Positions 11,740-24,359 are shown, counted from the first letter of the stretch. The stretch is 64,000 bases of DNA from Octopus vulgaris (GCA_951406725.2 OX597827.1:52204001-52268000), one strand, 5' to 3'. Numbers and translations are program-made. The notes: generated by a model not told the origin, from the letters alone.

Positions 11740-12810
11740 GTTGGGGTTTGCGTCAAAGGTCTAGGAAATGTTTGAGGGCAAGAAGTCCTTCATAGTGTGG
11801 GATCACCATATATAGACTTTTGAAGCTCCAAAAACACTTGCCAAATTTAATGACAAATTACGGTGCCGCAATGCAAATAATAATTTATTTGATATGACCA
11901 TGGGATCTTCTGATTCTGCACAAATTACAGACTTAGTAGGCTTATATCTGTTACATAAGACCTTCTCTCAACGGAAGATTATATAGAGATGACACTTTCC
12001 TGGTATATAACAGCCGATCCAAAGAACTCCATAAATTTTATAAAAAGTTTAGTTTATCTATTACCTTTGAAGAAAGCTATTGTAAAGCAAATTTTTTAGA
12101 TGTAACTCTGGTCCTCAATACCTCAACTTATTCTCCTTTCCATAAACCTAATGAATACCTCAATTATATAAACATTCATTCTAACCATGATATATCATTA
12201 CTTAATAGCATTGTAAACAGTATGTCGATTAGAATCTCAGATCTATCCTATAATGAAGAAATATTCAATAATCATGTAAACTATTATAATCAAGCTTTAG
12301 CTGCAAGTGGATTTAAACAAAATATTAAATATATAAGATACTAAACTTAAGATTTATTTAGCACAAATGGAATTAAACCAAACTACACATAATACTAAAC
12401 TAAGAAATACAACTAACTTTACCACTAACAATAATATTCAATCAATACAAAAAGATGAAAACTCTGTAAAACATTGACAAAAAACATAGAAAATATTATA
12501 GTAGGCATAGAACCAAATATACTAATAACAAAAAACACTCAGGAAATACTATGCAAATTCCAAAATCAGTATATAACTATAAATTACCTAGTGGAAATAG
12601 GGAAATTATTTAGTACACACCCCATTTTCAATAAATTTTAAAGAATTAGCAAGAAAAATTTCTAAACATAATCAAAAATAGCTTTCCTAATAATCATAAG
12701 TATAACCATATATTTAACAGATCAACAATTAAAATATCTTTTTCAACACTGCCAAACATAGGATCAATTATCGCCAGCTCTAATAAACGAAAACTTAATA
12801 ACTATAAAAA
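11740..12810 (+). mobile_element. Penelope-like element (LYRDD type, Naiad-like), RT C-terminal fragments
   Basis: FDMTMGSSDSAQITDLVGLYLLH, LYRDD, ANFLDVTL..YSPFHKPNEYLNYINIHSNH, SIRISDLS.NEEIFNNH, and IFNRSTIKISFSTLPNIGSII. Confidence 0.85.
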
Positions 12811-14090
12811 TAGTTTAAGAAATAATAACAACAATAATACTAGTAATGAAATATACAATAGTTCTAGAACACCCAATAATACTCAACATAATACAAGTTC
12901 AATAGATAACATTACGAAAATACATAGCAATACTATAACAGTAACAAAATTTCAACAAAATTCCAATAATTATACATCTCAAAATATGCAATATGCCTTA
13001 GCTAATCCAATACCACAATCTAATAACAATAGTAATATACAAACAGTAAATATACCTAATTCTATTATAAATGATTCCAGAACAAATCCAAATATATATA
13101 TATATATATATACACATTTTTTTATAGTTTAATTTTTCTTAAAGAAACACTCAATGCCCCTTCCTCTACCTTGCCCACACATCACCTTCTGGCTTTCAAA
13201 ATGCTAAAATCTCCCTATCTTTCACTTTTGGCTAATGTTTCCCGCATGCGTAGAATTCTACTGAAATAGTAGACTTAAAAAATACCTGACCACCACTAGA
13301 AAACCCAACATGCTAGAAACAACAGGTAAAGGGACATTATTTCTGAAGAAACTTCCCTGCTTTCCAAAAAGCTAAAAGTGAAACATTGGGAGTGTGTAGC
13401 TTTTTGAAAGTGGTGAGGTGAAGGGCAAAATTCTTAAAAGATTCGCACTCTGTTTTTTCTCCATGGATTACCAAGAACAAAAAATTGAAAAAAGTAAAAA
13501 ATTAATTTGGTGTGGAGAGACGTTTTGTGGGTGAAATCCTAATCTCCTGTATTGCAAATATAGGAATCGAAAGAAATTTAGGAAAAAAAATAAGGGCGGG
13601 GAGGAAATGTCACATTGGACATGCTAGAAAGAAGAGGTAAAGGACAGGATATCTCAGAAAACTTCCTTTTAAGTTTATATCGAAGATCAGGTTTTTAAAT
13701 ATGCTCGTCACAAATACAAATTACATAACAGAAAAAGATCATTTCATTTGGGTTTGGGCTGTAAATTTGCATGTGCACACTGGAAGAATTAACATAATTC
13801 ACACAGTAGTTTTACCTAGAGTGTGTGTATGCATGTGTGTGTGTGTCAAAGGAAGTTATTTTATGACATTCTTCCATTTGAAGAAGCAAAGTTGTCAACT
13901 CAACAGATATGGATCATATGATTGTTAATTTTCGTAATATTGTTTTAATTTCTGTATGCTTTGAAGAGAGCAGAAACTGAAAGAGAGGATAAAGTGAAAA
14001 GGTGACATTTGCTTTGAAGTGATAGGAGAAAGTAAAAGAGGAGAAAGTGTAAGAATGTACATGTATATGAAATGGACATGTGTGACAGAT

Positions 14091-14126
<36 letters not shown>

Positions 14127-14183
14127 TGAGTGAAGGTGTGTGTTGTGATGTATGAAATTTTTTGTATGTATGTCCAAGTGGCA

Positions 14184-14214
<31 letters not shown>

Positions 14215-14258
14215 ACATACACACATTATCTTTCATATACACATACATAAATAGGCAG

Positions 14259-14333
14259 AGGTAAAGAATACGCACACCACCCGTTTTCGGCATAACCCTA
14301 ATCCTAAACACCGGGCTTACGTATTCTTTACCT
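14259..14333. mobile_element. Tiny MITE-like inverted repeat with telomere-like interior
   Basis: Perfect 14-bp IR AGGTAAAGAATACG / CGTATTCTTTACCT enclosing TAACCCTAATCCTAAA. Confidence 0.6.
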
Positions 14334-14889
14334 TCGCTCATAAGTACATGTGCATACATCTTTTTTGTGTGTGAGAAAGAATGAGACTGTACTTCCTTAT
14401 AACATATAGAAAAATGGCTGTCTTTTAATGCAATTTTTTTGGTTACGGCTTATTTTGATACAATATTTATGTGTACATTTTCATAAATGCTTGTCTGAGT
14501 AAAATTCTATGCATGTGTGAAACATCGGACAAAAGTGATACATTAAAAGCAAACCAAAATATTGTCTGAAAATTACCTCAAAATTGTGCAACCCAACCTA
14601 GTTGCCAAGGTTATTTTAATTGTAAAAAAGAGTTGTTGAGTCAAAAAAACAGTTTATTTGGTAGATGGATAATAAGCAGCTTTCTTTATTATAATACATA
14701 TGTGACTAATTCAGAGGAACATTACTTTCATTATTCCCACATCATCACTCTTGTAATGCAACACTTTGTAATTTTGGTTCAAATTGAAAGTGTGAAACTA
14801 TTTTCATTTTGTAATAAAACCTGGTCGTTGTAGAGAAGTGTATTTGAAATAACTATAGCTGGCTATTGAGATAACGTAGAAAATATGCA

Positions 14890-15440
14890 AATGAAAGTTT
14901 ATTTGACATGTGCAATTGATTGATTGTTCTGGAAGGCAGTGAGTTGGCAGAAGCGTTAGCATGCTGAGCAAAATGCTTGAGTGGTATTTCACCTATGTTT
15001 ACGTTCTGAATTCAAATGCCATCGGGGTCAACTTTGCCTTTCATCTTTTCGGGGTCGATAAATTAAGTACCAGTGAGATATTGGGGTCGATGTAATCAAC
15101 TGGTCCCCTCTCCCGAAATTTCAGGGCTTGTGCCTATAGTAGAAAGGTTTTGATTGTTCTGGTCTTAACATCAATTGGTAAGAATAGAAGTCATTTGATG
15201 ACACTCTTTTGTTTGTAATTGGCTATCCTGTTGCAGGTTCAATCCGAGGAATATTGAAATACCCATCTTGTCCATTCCACAGAATAAGACTAAACTGGAG
15301 AACATCATAAGAGGGATGAGTCTGTGAAACACGTTCAAGGTTGTTATCTTGAATACAAATGAGAACATCATGATTCTCAATGGGATCACCAACCATAAGA
15401 ATGGCTACTTCATTAAATGTGGGCTCATTAAAAGTGTAAA
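14890..15440 (-). mobile_element. Helitron RepHel coding fragment interrupted by a SINE
   Basis: Frame not in the ORF track: FNEPTFNEVAILMVGDPIENHDVLICIQDNNLERVSQTHPSYDVLQFSLILWNGQDGYFNIPRIEPATG*PITNKRVSSNDFYSYQLMLR, typical of the Helitron RepHel N-terminal region. Confidence 0.85.
14935..15147 (+). mobile_element. tRNA-derived SINE (short octopus OR-like family) with 13-bp TSD
   Basis: tRNA-like head GGCAGTGAGTTGGCAGAA..GTTCTGAATTCAAAT, central GTCAACTTTGCCTTTCATC..GGGGTCGATAAATTAAGTACCAG. TSD TTGATTGTTCTGG at 14920-14932 and 15150-15162. Confidence 0.88.
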
Positions 15441-17507
15441 ATGTTCTTTACTATAGTTTACTATAGACGTAACGAATGCAGAAACACAAACACACACACT
15501 CATAGAATTGATAATATTGAAAACAGCACAAGCGAAACAAAATGTAGTCGATATAGGCGCAAAAAAAAACTTTCTCTAGCATAGTTATGCTATAAAAAAA
15601 AGGAAAGTCACCAATTTAGCGAACGTTAGTATGCATCACCAATATAAGAAAGTACAGAAATTCAACATTTATTTGGAACATGCACTAAATGTTATAAAAT
15701 TCACAACTGAATGAATGTCACGGTGAAAAAAGTGAAAGTCCAAGAAAATTCAGAAGGCATAATTGAAATTTTCATACAAAAATAATTTATTTTACAATTC
15801 TGAAACGAACTCTGAACCAAGCTTATGAAAAGGAAGATGCTGTTTTTGAACTGTGTAACATTATAGGCTGTAGAATAAATACTGAGTAACACAGTAAAAA
15901 AAGTTGTACGTACTCACAATGATGAAGAATACAAGGACTGTTAAAAAAACATTATCTTGAAACTGGTTAGAAGAAGTGGAATAACATTTCTGTAATTATA
16001 TTGAAAAAGCTGCTGAGGCTTTCTACTTTGCCAAGTTTCTGAATTTGTTATAATAACCAGAATATTTTTTTCAGATATATTTGCAAGTATTGTGAGTGGC
16101 GTTAAATCAGCCAAATCTTCATTGTTAGTAGTACTTGAAATTAAACGTTGTTGTTTGTTTGAAGTCCAGGCTGCAAGTAACTTTCAATATTGGCGCATTT
16201 CACTGTTAGTGGGGAGCGTTACATACGTAAACTAAGAGACACACACACATACATTAATGCACACCTGAAGCCTATCTCTATCCTTGTGTGTCTGTCTTTG
16301 TCTTTGGATGTGTGTGTCAGTCGTCACAAAAATGTATGTATACAAACACATACACCATCACACACATATACTTGTCAGTCATCAGCCTAATGTAGGTAAC
16401 AAACATGCAAACACACTCATATAGAAAATGTGATGTCATCGTCATTGTGGTGGTGATATAAAATGTCGTTTATGATAGGTGGCTAAAAGAAAAACGTTAA
16501 ATTTTTGTAATGCAAATATGTGAATGAAAATATAGTTTAGTTGGTAGCCAAAAGCTTACCGAATCTTTTGACACCCCTTACGCCAAAATCAGCAACTCAG
16601 TTTGGAATGCATAAGGAATATAGGCACACACACACATACAAACTCCCTTTTATAGTTATAGATATATACATATGTACACACATATATATATAATCAAGTT
16701 AAGGTAATAAATCTCATTAAGAGATCATAAATTCAATGAAAATACTGTTTAGTTACCAATCTACAGAAAGTTCAGCTATAAGGTAACCACATAAACCGTG
16801 GTTCATGTGTTTACATATTTAAAGAATAAGGAGAAAATGGAGAGGTAATTAATAAAATTATCTATTAATTATAAAATATAACAACATCTCTAACAGTTGT
16901 TTTGATTCAGAAATCTTTAGATGGAGAGTATATTTTAGATTTTAAAAAAAGTTTGTTTACCTTAATTTTGGAGAATAAGAGAAATATTAAAAAAACTGCA
17001 TTATTTATGGGATGACTCAATATACATTGAATCTAAAGAAAATAAAGAAAGTCAGGAGGTATGAGATGAATACATTTCACTAATTTATATCCACAAGATT
17101 ACGACCATTTCGCAGCCAACATCATTAATCATACTCTTCCATACATTAATATTTCAAAGATAACATTTTTGTATGTGTATACTGGAGTTGAAAAATAAAT
17201 GTAAAATAATTTATTCAACACAAAAATAACTTTGCATGATGTTGGAAGCGTAAAGTCCATCATCCTATGGATATCAACTGGTGAAATAAATATATTCATT
17301 TCATACCTCCTGACTTTCTTTATATTCTATATACTCCTAATGAAATCATCATCACCGACTCGATTTACTAGATTTCAATTGCATAGGACTACATATTACA
17401 CTCGTATGTATTGGTTTACTATGTGGTTTGTAGCATGGTCCACTAAAGGAGCTTTTTTGTGAGTACCACCTGATTTGATAAATCCATATATTGTGCTTTA
17501 AATTTAT

Positions 17508-17644
17508 ATCATCATCATCATCATTTAACGTCCGCTTTCCATGCTAGCATGGGTTGGACGGTTCAACTGGGGTCTGGGGAGCCCGAAGGCTGCACCAGGC
17601 CAGTCAGATCTGGCAGTGTTTCTACAGCTGGATGCCCTTCCTAA
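17508..17644 (-). mobile_element. RTE 3'-terminal fragment
   Basis: (ATC)n tail plus GGATGCCCTTCCTAA, same family as 22790-23072 in the opposite orientation. Confidence 0.88.
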
Positions 17645-17789
17645 ATATATATATATAAATATACTGGCCCCCTCCCCAAAAATTTCAGGTCTTGTGCCAG
17701 AGTAGAAAAGATTTCATTTAGATAGGTAAGTAAAACCTATGGTATTATTGGTGAAAAACTTGCAACTGATGGAAAGGAAATATGTAGTG

Positions 17790-17875
17790 TTTTACAGCTG
17801 TTTCTAGGATAGCTGCAAATTTGTGTATACTGTCTGCAGCACAAAATGTGGTCCGCAATTCATCCTATCAGAAGA
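17790..17875 (-). ncRNA. Degenerate hammerhead-ribozyme-like motif (PLE terminus remnant)
   Basis: Minus strand: TT-CTGAT(-)AG-GATG...TATCCTA-GAAA-CAGCTG-TA-AA. The core lacks one G, so it is probably inactive. Shares GAAACAGCTGTA with the motif at 56148-56195. Confidence 0.5.
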
Positions 17876-18282
17876 AGAAATGCCAATATTTTTATATATC
17901 TTCTCTCAATGTTATAAATTAACTTGACATATTGAAATTGCCTGTTTATATTTTAGTTCTATTATACATACATCAGCTTGATTGATATATTGCCTATAGC
18001 CAACTCTTATTTACGTGAATCCTGCATCCCTGCACTTAAAGTTGGAATTTAGGCACTTGGTTTGGCCTGAGCATTCATTGTATGTACTTATAACTTATGT
18101 CTTCTTACCTATCATTTATATGTATGTATGTTCCTAATTAATTTTCTAATACTACATGCATTAAATAAGTTAATACTGTTTCATTCTTGATAGGTATTTA
18201 CACAAAAGATTTATTTAAAAATCCTTGAAAAGGAAAAAATACTTCAAAAGAACATCAATAAGAGATGAATATCAGTCATTAC

Positions 18283-18485
18283 CTGGACTTGGATAAACAA
18301 TGGTAAATTCTGTATTGCACTGTGGACAGCGTACTTTGGTTGACAAATCTTCCAGTTGCTGACCATCAATCCAACGCTGAAGACAAGTATTGTGAACCCA
18401 TTTGGTTGATCCACTGCATCGACACGGCTTCAGCCAACCATTTTGACCTTGAATGTCAGTGTTATAACAAATATAACATGTTCGT
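18283..18485 (-). CDS. MARCHF5: E3 ubiquitin ligase MARCH5 (MITOL), coding exon 2, RING-CH domain
   Basis: 203-nt exon, acceptor TTTTCTGTTTCAG, donor CAG|GTAATG. RTCYICYNTD..WLKPCRCSGSTKWVHNTCLQRWID..VRCPQCNTEFTIVYP has an intact C4HC3 pattern. Phase 2 in, phase 1 out. Confidence 0.96.
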
Positions 18486-19000
18486 CTGAAACAGAAAAGC
18501 CACTCCAATCACTAAATTATCTGGCAAAGACATGCTTCCAAATTTTAGTAGTCAAACAGTAGAAGACAATAAAACAAAGCCAATGAAGCAAGATTCTTTT
18601 CAGCAACAAGAGGAAAATGTATCAATAGATTAAACTTCGTTCATTATGTGCAAAATTATGTGTAAGCATAACGGTATTAGAGAGCATGCCATCTACCACT
18701 CCAATGTTACAAAGTCATTTTGATATAGTAACCAAGATATTGCAATCATAAATGTTTCAGAAACAAGTAGTTAAGTTAGTAACACAAAACTTCAAATACA
18801 ATTCAGTAACATGAATCACTGGTATCTAGTCATGAACAATATACACATACTTAGACACAAAGTATTCTCACCAAATATACATTCCAATTTACTAATATTA
18901 TCATACTGGCTTTTATATATCTAAATAGCCTTGTGACAAAAATAAACAAGCAGATCATAATTTGAAAGAAGACAAGCAATAAAAAAATTCTAGCTTTTCA

Positions 19001-19514
19001 TCTATATATATAAAACTGTAGTTGTGTGAGTGTCTGTCTCCTACGATTTAGATTCCTAACTCCTCCCACATTTTGCGGTGCAGTTTAACCAAATTCGGGT
19101 ATCTTATAGTCGTGATTAATATCGAGCCCGTCTGGCTATTAGCACGCGTCTACGATGAGTCTACGATTTTAAAAATAATTTAACATCATTTTTTATTCCA
19201 TTTTAATGCATAATTTTTCGTGTGTCGATGGCGGCAGAGTTGGCGTCCACGCTCAAACACCTGCACCTGTGTTTGCTTCTCCCCCTTCTTCCCTCCCTCG
19301 TGAAGCTGTGGGGAAGGGAGTTTAAGGAAATCAACGTCGTAATGCGTTGTCAAGGAGACCAGCGTTCTTTTAGAACGACTTTATGGCTTGAAGACACCAA
19401 AACAGAAATGGCTAAGAAAGCCCGAATTGGCATCTATAAGGGAAGTAACTCTCTAAAAATGCTTATATAGTTATTTCCCTTACAAACCCGAGCAACGCCG
19501 GGCGATACTGCTAG
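19001..19514 (+). mobile_element. Non-autonomous Helitron, both termini intact
   Basis: Inserted between A19000 and T19515. Starts TCTATATATATAAAA, ends with hairpin CCCGAGCAACGCCGGG and CTAG. No TSD; many CpGs retained. Confidence 0.9.
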
Positions 19515-19879
19515 TTTTGATATAAAAGGAGACTGTATCAAGAATAGTAACAAGAAATGGCATGAACCATTACAGGAGCAAAGGAGTTTTCAAGTTATTT
19601 ACAGCATGGAAGAAGACTTCATGTTTTAAGTGTAGCTTGGAATATATTGAAGGTGTGTGTGTCAACAAATATGTGATGCACAATATAGGAGTTGTATTGC
19701 AATAGTTTAGGGATGTCACTCATCTTTGCATTCAACAGCAGAATTTCATTTCATCTGTGAAGATCTTAAGAGACAAATACGCAACAAGCTTTTCTATCAA
19801 TCTTCATTTTGTAAGGCAAATTACCTTCTGTATAATGTAATTTGATATGAGAAAGTTAAGAGCCCAAAGAGTTTTTATA

Positions 19880-20266
19880 GGTGCAGGAGTGGCTGTGTGG
19901 TAAGTAGCCTGCTTACCAACCACACGGTTCCGGGTTCAGTCCCACTGCGTGGCACCTTGGGAAAGTGTCTTCTACTATAGCCTCGGGCCGACCAGAAAGC
20001 CTTTTGAGTGGATTTGGTAGACGGAAACTGAAAGAAGCCTGTCATATATATGTATGTGTGTTTGTGTGACTGTGTTTGTCCCCCCCCAACATCGCTTGAC
20101 CACCGATGCTGGTATGTTTACTTCCCCGTTACTTAGCAGTTCGTCAAAAGAGACCAATAGAATAAGTACTAGGCTTACAAAGAATAAGACCTGGGGTTGA
20201 TTTGCTCGACTAAAAGGCGGTGCTCCAGCATGGCCGCAGTCAAATGACTGAAACAAGTAAAAAGAG
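19880..20266 (+). mobile_element. tRNA-derived SINE (long octopus OR-like family), full length
   Basis: A box TGGCTGTGTGG, B box GGTTCAGTCCC, internal TA/TG tract, 3' CAGTCAAATGACTGAAACAAGTAAAAAGAG. AAAGAGTTT on both flanks may be a TSD. Confidence 0.9.
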
Positions 20267-20289
20267 TTTGTAAAACCTTTTCACACCAA

Positions 20290-21450
20290 CCAAACCTACA
20301 ATGCACTGATGTCCTATAAAAATTGGAGACCAAAATAGATGCTATGTTTAACACACAAGCTAAACACTACATTACAGCATATTCTGTATTGTTTGACTAG
20401 TGTTCCAACATATTCCTTTCAGAATTGGATCCCTCTATATGACCTTTCCCTTTTAAAGGTAATAAAGAACAGCTTGTGGTGCTCAATTACCCTCTAGTAT
20501 ATTACTAGATATATTTCAAGTATATCAATCATGTGCCCAGTAGTTCCTCACACACAAACTAACTGCAACTCATAAAATAAACTATTGTATATCAGAAACA
20601 TATAGTGTAATACTCAATAAAGCAGAAGTAGGGTATGTCGGTATCTGAAGTGCTGGATCTGTGGATCATACCCAGTTATTCAACCAACCACCTATACATT
20701 ACACATCTGCTTCATGAGGGATATACAACAATCCCTGCAAAGTAGCATGTACAATAAAGCCTCAGACTACATTGTACTAAACTGTCAATGATTTCAAATA
20801 AATAACCATAAAAATCAAACACATTCTCCACTAATCATGCCTGTTTTGCTTCAATTAATGGTTACAACCACCAGGAACTTCAACCATAAAGATGAGCTCT
20901 ATTGGAGGCCTTGTGAGTCTTAATCACTTATCAGATATCACTGTGTTAACTGAGTCTGCTTTACAATACAACCACATCTGTTCTGTAGATGTCTTAATAA
21001 ATTAAAATATTATTACACATATTCAGTAAGAACAGAAGTATTATATCATGAGATCTAATTTTGCATTTGATTTCACCCAATTAATTACAAGTGATAAGAA
21101 AATCTGTCAACAAATCCAACTGTTTTCATACAATTACTATCTTATCAAGATGAACACTGCTCCAAAATTAAACAATGTCAAGCTGTTTCTCTCACTGTTT
21201 CTTCCAACGTAAATTAATCTATTGATAATTTCCGAATGAATGAAATCTATATAATCTCCATCAATATCATCTACACAAGTTCATCTAGTTTACTAAAACT
21301 TGTATGCGAAAAACAATATTTATCAACACATCGACAATTCACTTCATACATAGTTGTGACTCATTACTGAAAATGAGATTGGCAGAAGATTAATTTGTCT
21401 CATGCTTGCTCTTAATAAAGTGAAGCAATGATTCAGTTTTTTAGTCCCAG
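20290..21450 (-). mobile_element. Highly decayed CR1-like LINE RT region
   Basis: Only scattered minus-strand remnants (DIDGDYIDF, GIVV, LGMIHRS) in the expected order. Confidence 0.4.
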
Positions 21451-22078
21451 TTAGAACTGCTTCACATGTTAACAATACTGATGGAAGAAACATTAATGTC
21501 TCAATTTCTCACAACTTTCAACAGGTGGTAGTTAGATGTTAAGTCCATCTATACCAACATAGTTCAGTTGAATATTTAAATGCTTAGCTGATGATAACAG
21601 ATAACAATGATGATAACATTATCAGCTACACTGCTGGCTTGTTTATGTTTAGATTATATAAATGTTGATACATAGTTCTGTGCAATACATTATAACTGGT
21701 CTGACCAAAAAAGACATTAGTCAGACTGAACTAAGATTAAATTAGGAAACTTTAAGATGTTTTGATACCACTACGCCATCAGTAATATCATACTTTCAAT
21801 GCCAGTAAGAGTGCCTCAACATGGTAGCTCAACTTGCTAGAAACAGTAGACAGATTCCCTTAAATCAAACCCTACCATCTTAAAAAAGAAAAGACACATA
21901 GGACCATGTCTTATCAACCAGCACATTAGTAAGTCAGTATAGTTGAAATTGTCATAGATAGTAACATGGTACAGCATGTACATGACCAAAGATTTTGACT
22001 CCACTCCCTGCTATCCACTCATACACAAAATACTCATCACCTCCTTAAGAACCAACACAAAATGCTGGCTGTCAAATA

Positions 22079-22115
22079 GCCCCTGTAGCACAGTGGGCAG
22101 TGCATCAGTATCATA
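22079..22115 (+). pseudogene. 5' half of elongator tRNA-Met(CAT), decayed
   Basis: GCCCCTGTAGCACAGTGGGCAGTGCATCAGTATCATA aligns by eye to metazoan tRNA-Met GCCTCGTTAGCGCAGTAGGCAGCGCGTCAGTCTCATA (recalled) with CpG-type decay. Stops just after the anticodon; AAATA on both sides. Confidence 0.6.
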
Positions 22116-22789
22116 AAATAATTAATACCTGTTAGGTTGCAAAGCTAGAAAGAAAGAAAAACAAAACACTTGTAGAATTTTTAGTGAAATAACAAAAGGA
22201 TTTGGCCTCTCATCCAGTTACAACCTGACAATGTTCCAGACACTGTACACAACTACTACACTCCAACAAACATATTAGCATCAATGAAATCTATTATTGC
22301 AGTTCAAGCCAAAGAAGGAGTTTCTATGTAGGTATTCAACCTGTTAAAAATGGGATACACATCTCCTTCAAATCACGCCCTACTATCTTAAAAATAAGAG
22401 AACAATATAATCCTAGATACACAGAAGACAAGACATTGCTGGAATTCATAGGTCTGTTCAATCAAGGCTAACTTAGGACTAAATAATATCTATTTTGTTT
22501 CTTACTATCAGCACCACAGAATATCAAATACAACCCTAACTGGGCTCCAATCTTTCCATAATAAACAGAAGTATATAAAACAGTGCCTTCCATGTCAGCA
22601 GAGGTTATATACCAATCATCTACACAACAAAACAAAGATAACAAAAATGAGAAACTACTTAAATATACACAAAACTACAGTTTATTGGAGCAGTAAATTC
22701 CATCTTCCAGTTTCAGCCTACTACATGAAAAATCACCACCAAACACCCATATATATAAGGATAAGGTGGTATCTCATAGATACCCTAAG

Positions 22790-23068
22790 AGTACCATCCG
22801 AACGTGGCCGTTGCCAGCGCCACCCCGACTGGCCTCGTGCCGGTGGCACGTAGAAAGCACCATCCGTTTGTGGCCATTGCCAGCCTCGCCTGGACCCTGT
22901 GCTGGTGGCACGTAAAAAGCACCATCCAGAGTGGTTAGCGTTAGGAAGGGCATCCAGCCGTAGAAACATTGCCAGATAAGACTGGGCCTGGTGCAGCCTT
23001 CTGGCTTCCCAGACCCCAGTTGAACCATCCAACCCATGCTAGCATGGAAAGCGGACGCTAAACGATGA

Positions 23069-23072
<4 letters not shown>
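22790..23072 (+). mobile_element. RTE 3'-end copy
   Basis: Tandem GTGCYGGTGGCAC units, TTAGGAAGGGCATCCAGC, (GAT)n tail running into (TA)n. Confidence 0.88.
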
Positions 23073-23131
<59 letters not shown>

Positions 23132-23367
23132 TACATACGTGTGTGTGAAGGCACACAGCCTTGTGGTTAGGGGGTGCACTTGTGATCACTTCAACACCTG
23201 ACATATTGCAAACCATGCACCTATTAAGGTAATGGTGATTTGATGGAGAGTGAGCTCATGTGCAGCACATACATTTGATCACAATAAATAAATTATTTGA
23301 GCAGGTTGTTCGGCAAGAAATTGCTGAATTGTTATTTTCAGAATATATGAGACTAGAATCATCATGT

Positions 23368-23405
<38 letters not shown>

Positions 23406-23689
23406 AAACACACACAAATCCTAGAACATACAACACAAATCAATGACAGAATTTATCTGATTGCTTAACCTTCTAGAAATAGCAGTCAAATCTCCATCAA
23501 TTCACTTATAAATTAAAAAAAACTGATTAGACATTCCTGCCTGAAACCTACTTCTTTAAAAAGAAAAAAAAAACAGGATGATCATGAATAGATTACTTTT
23601 GATCATAAACCTACTCAAGCTGAACTTTGAATAAACAAAATACATAGGATTAAGTGACATGACAACCTTATCTGTTTTTAACAGCACCT

Positions 23690-24330
23690 AGATCCAGTCA
23701 CTATACCTATCAAAGAAATTTTTGTATCTCGCTCTCCAGTTATGAATAGCATACCAGTAAAACCCTCAAAGTTGCCACAAGTGTTAAACCTCAATATTTC
23801 TAATGATTTCTCATGTTATATTCCACATATATAACATTGCCAAAACAACATCTTAAAGACTAGCTTTCCTCCTCAAAGCTAGAAAGTTCTAATCAGTTGC
23901 TAACTTATACAAGGCTCAAGACCCACAATGGAGTACTCCTTACACTGATGGAGGTGGTACTACTGCTTCATATACTAACATCCAAAAGGCCAGTCAACTG
24001 ATTAGCAAAAGATTCAAAACACCAACACTCTTTAACTGCTAGTTCACAGATGCACTGTTTTTTTCTCTCTGCATTGTCTGGCACTACAATGACCTCTGCT
24101 CTTCTGAACTAGCTTCTTACATACTTTTGGCAACAGATAATTCCTTTCGTTCAAATTTTTGGCATTTGTAAGTCATCTCCTGAACACCTCAATCTCACCT
24201 TCCTAGAAGAGCAGCTTTTTTTAATATCCTGCGTGGTTTTCCTCAGTTTTCCTACTATTACTGATTTAAAGATTATAGTCTGAACCTCAATCTCACCAGT
24301 CTGGAAAGACCTGCAAAGACCACAAGTATT
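23690..24330 (+). mobile_element. CR1/L2/Jockey-group LINE 3' fragment
   Basis: Remnants LAFLLKARKF and YKAQ..PTMEYS, the usual post-RT motifs of this group. Confidence 0.55.
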
Positions 24331-24359
24331 GCTCTACTCTCGTTTGAATAATTTATTAC

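Larger units (their letters stand above)
21800..23640 (+). repeat. Cluster of three copies of an old SINE-like repeat (about 21800-21910, 22310-22490, 23450-23640)
   Basis: Shared core resembling CAACYTGCTAGAAAYAGCAG.CAAATCTCC.TCAAATCA.ACCCTAC.ATCTTAAAAA with a GGGCTAAACAAC-like end. Further copies near 26540-26690 (-), 30995-31165 (+), 41500-41770 (-) and 45250-45400 (+). Confidence 0.65.

Noticed and set aside
15171-15392. Hydrophobic 73-aa ORF as a MARCH5 membrane exon
   Set aside because: It is an alternate frame of a Helitron RepHel fragment.
15918-16038. Possible MARCH5 exon (minus-strand AG acceptor and GTGAGT donor)
   Set aside because: All three frames contain stops and there is no MARCH5 similarity. 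The real exon 3 is at 3088-3218. A poison exon cannot be excluded without RNA data.
19880-19950. tRNA gene
   Set aside because: A and B boxes belong to a SINE head with several copies in the window, and no cloverleaf closes.
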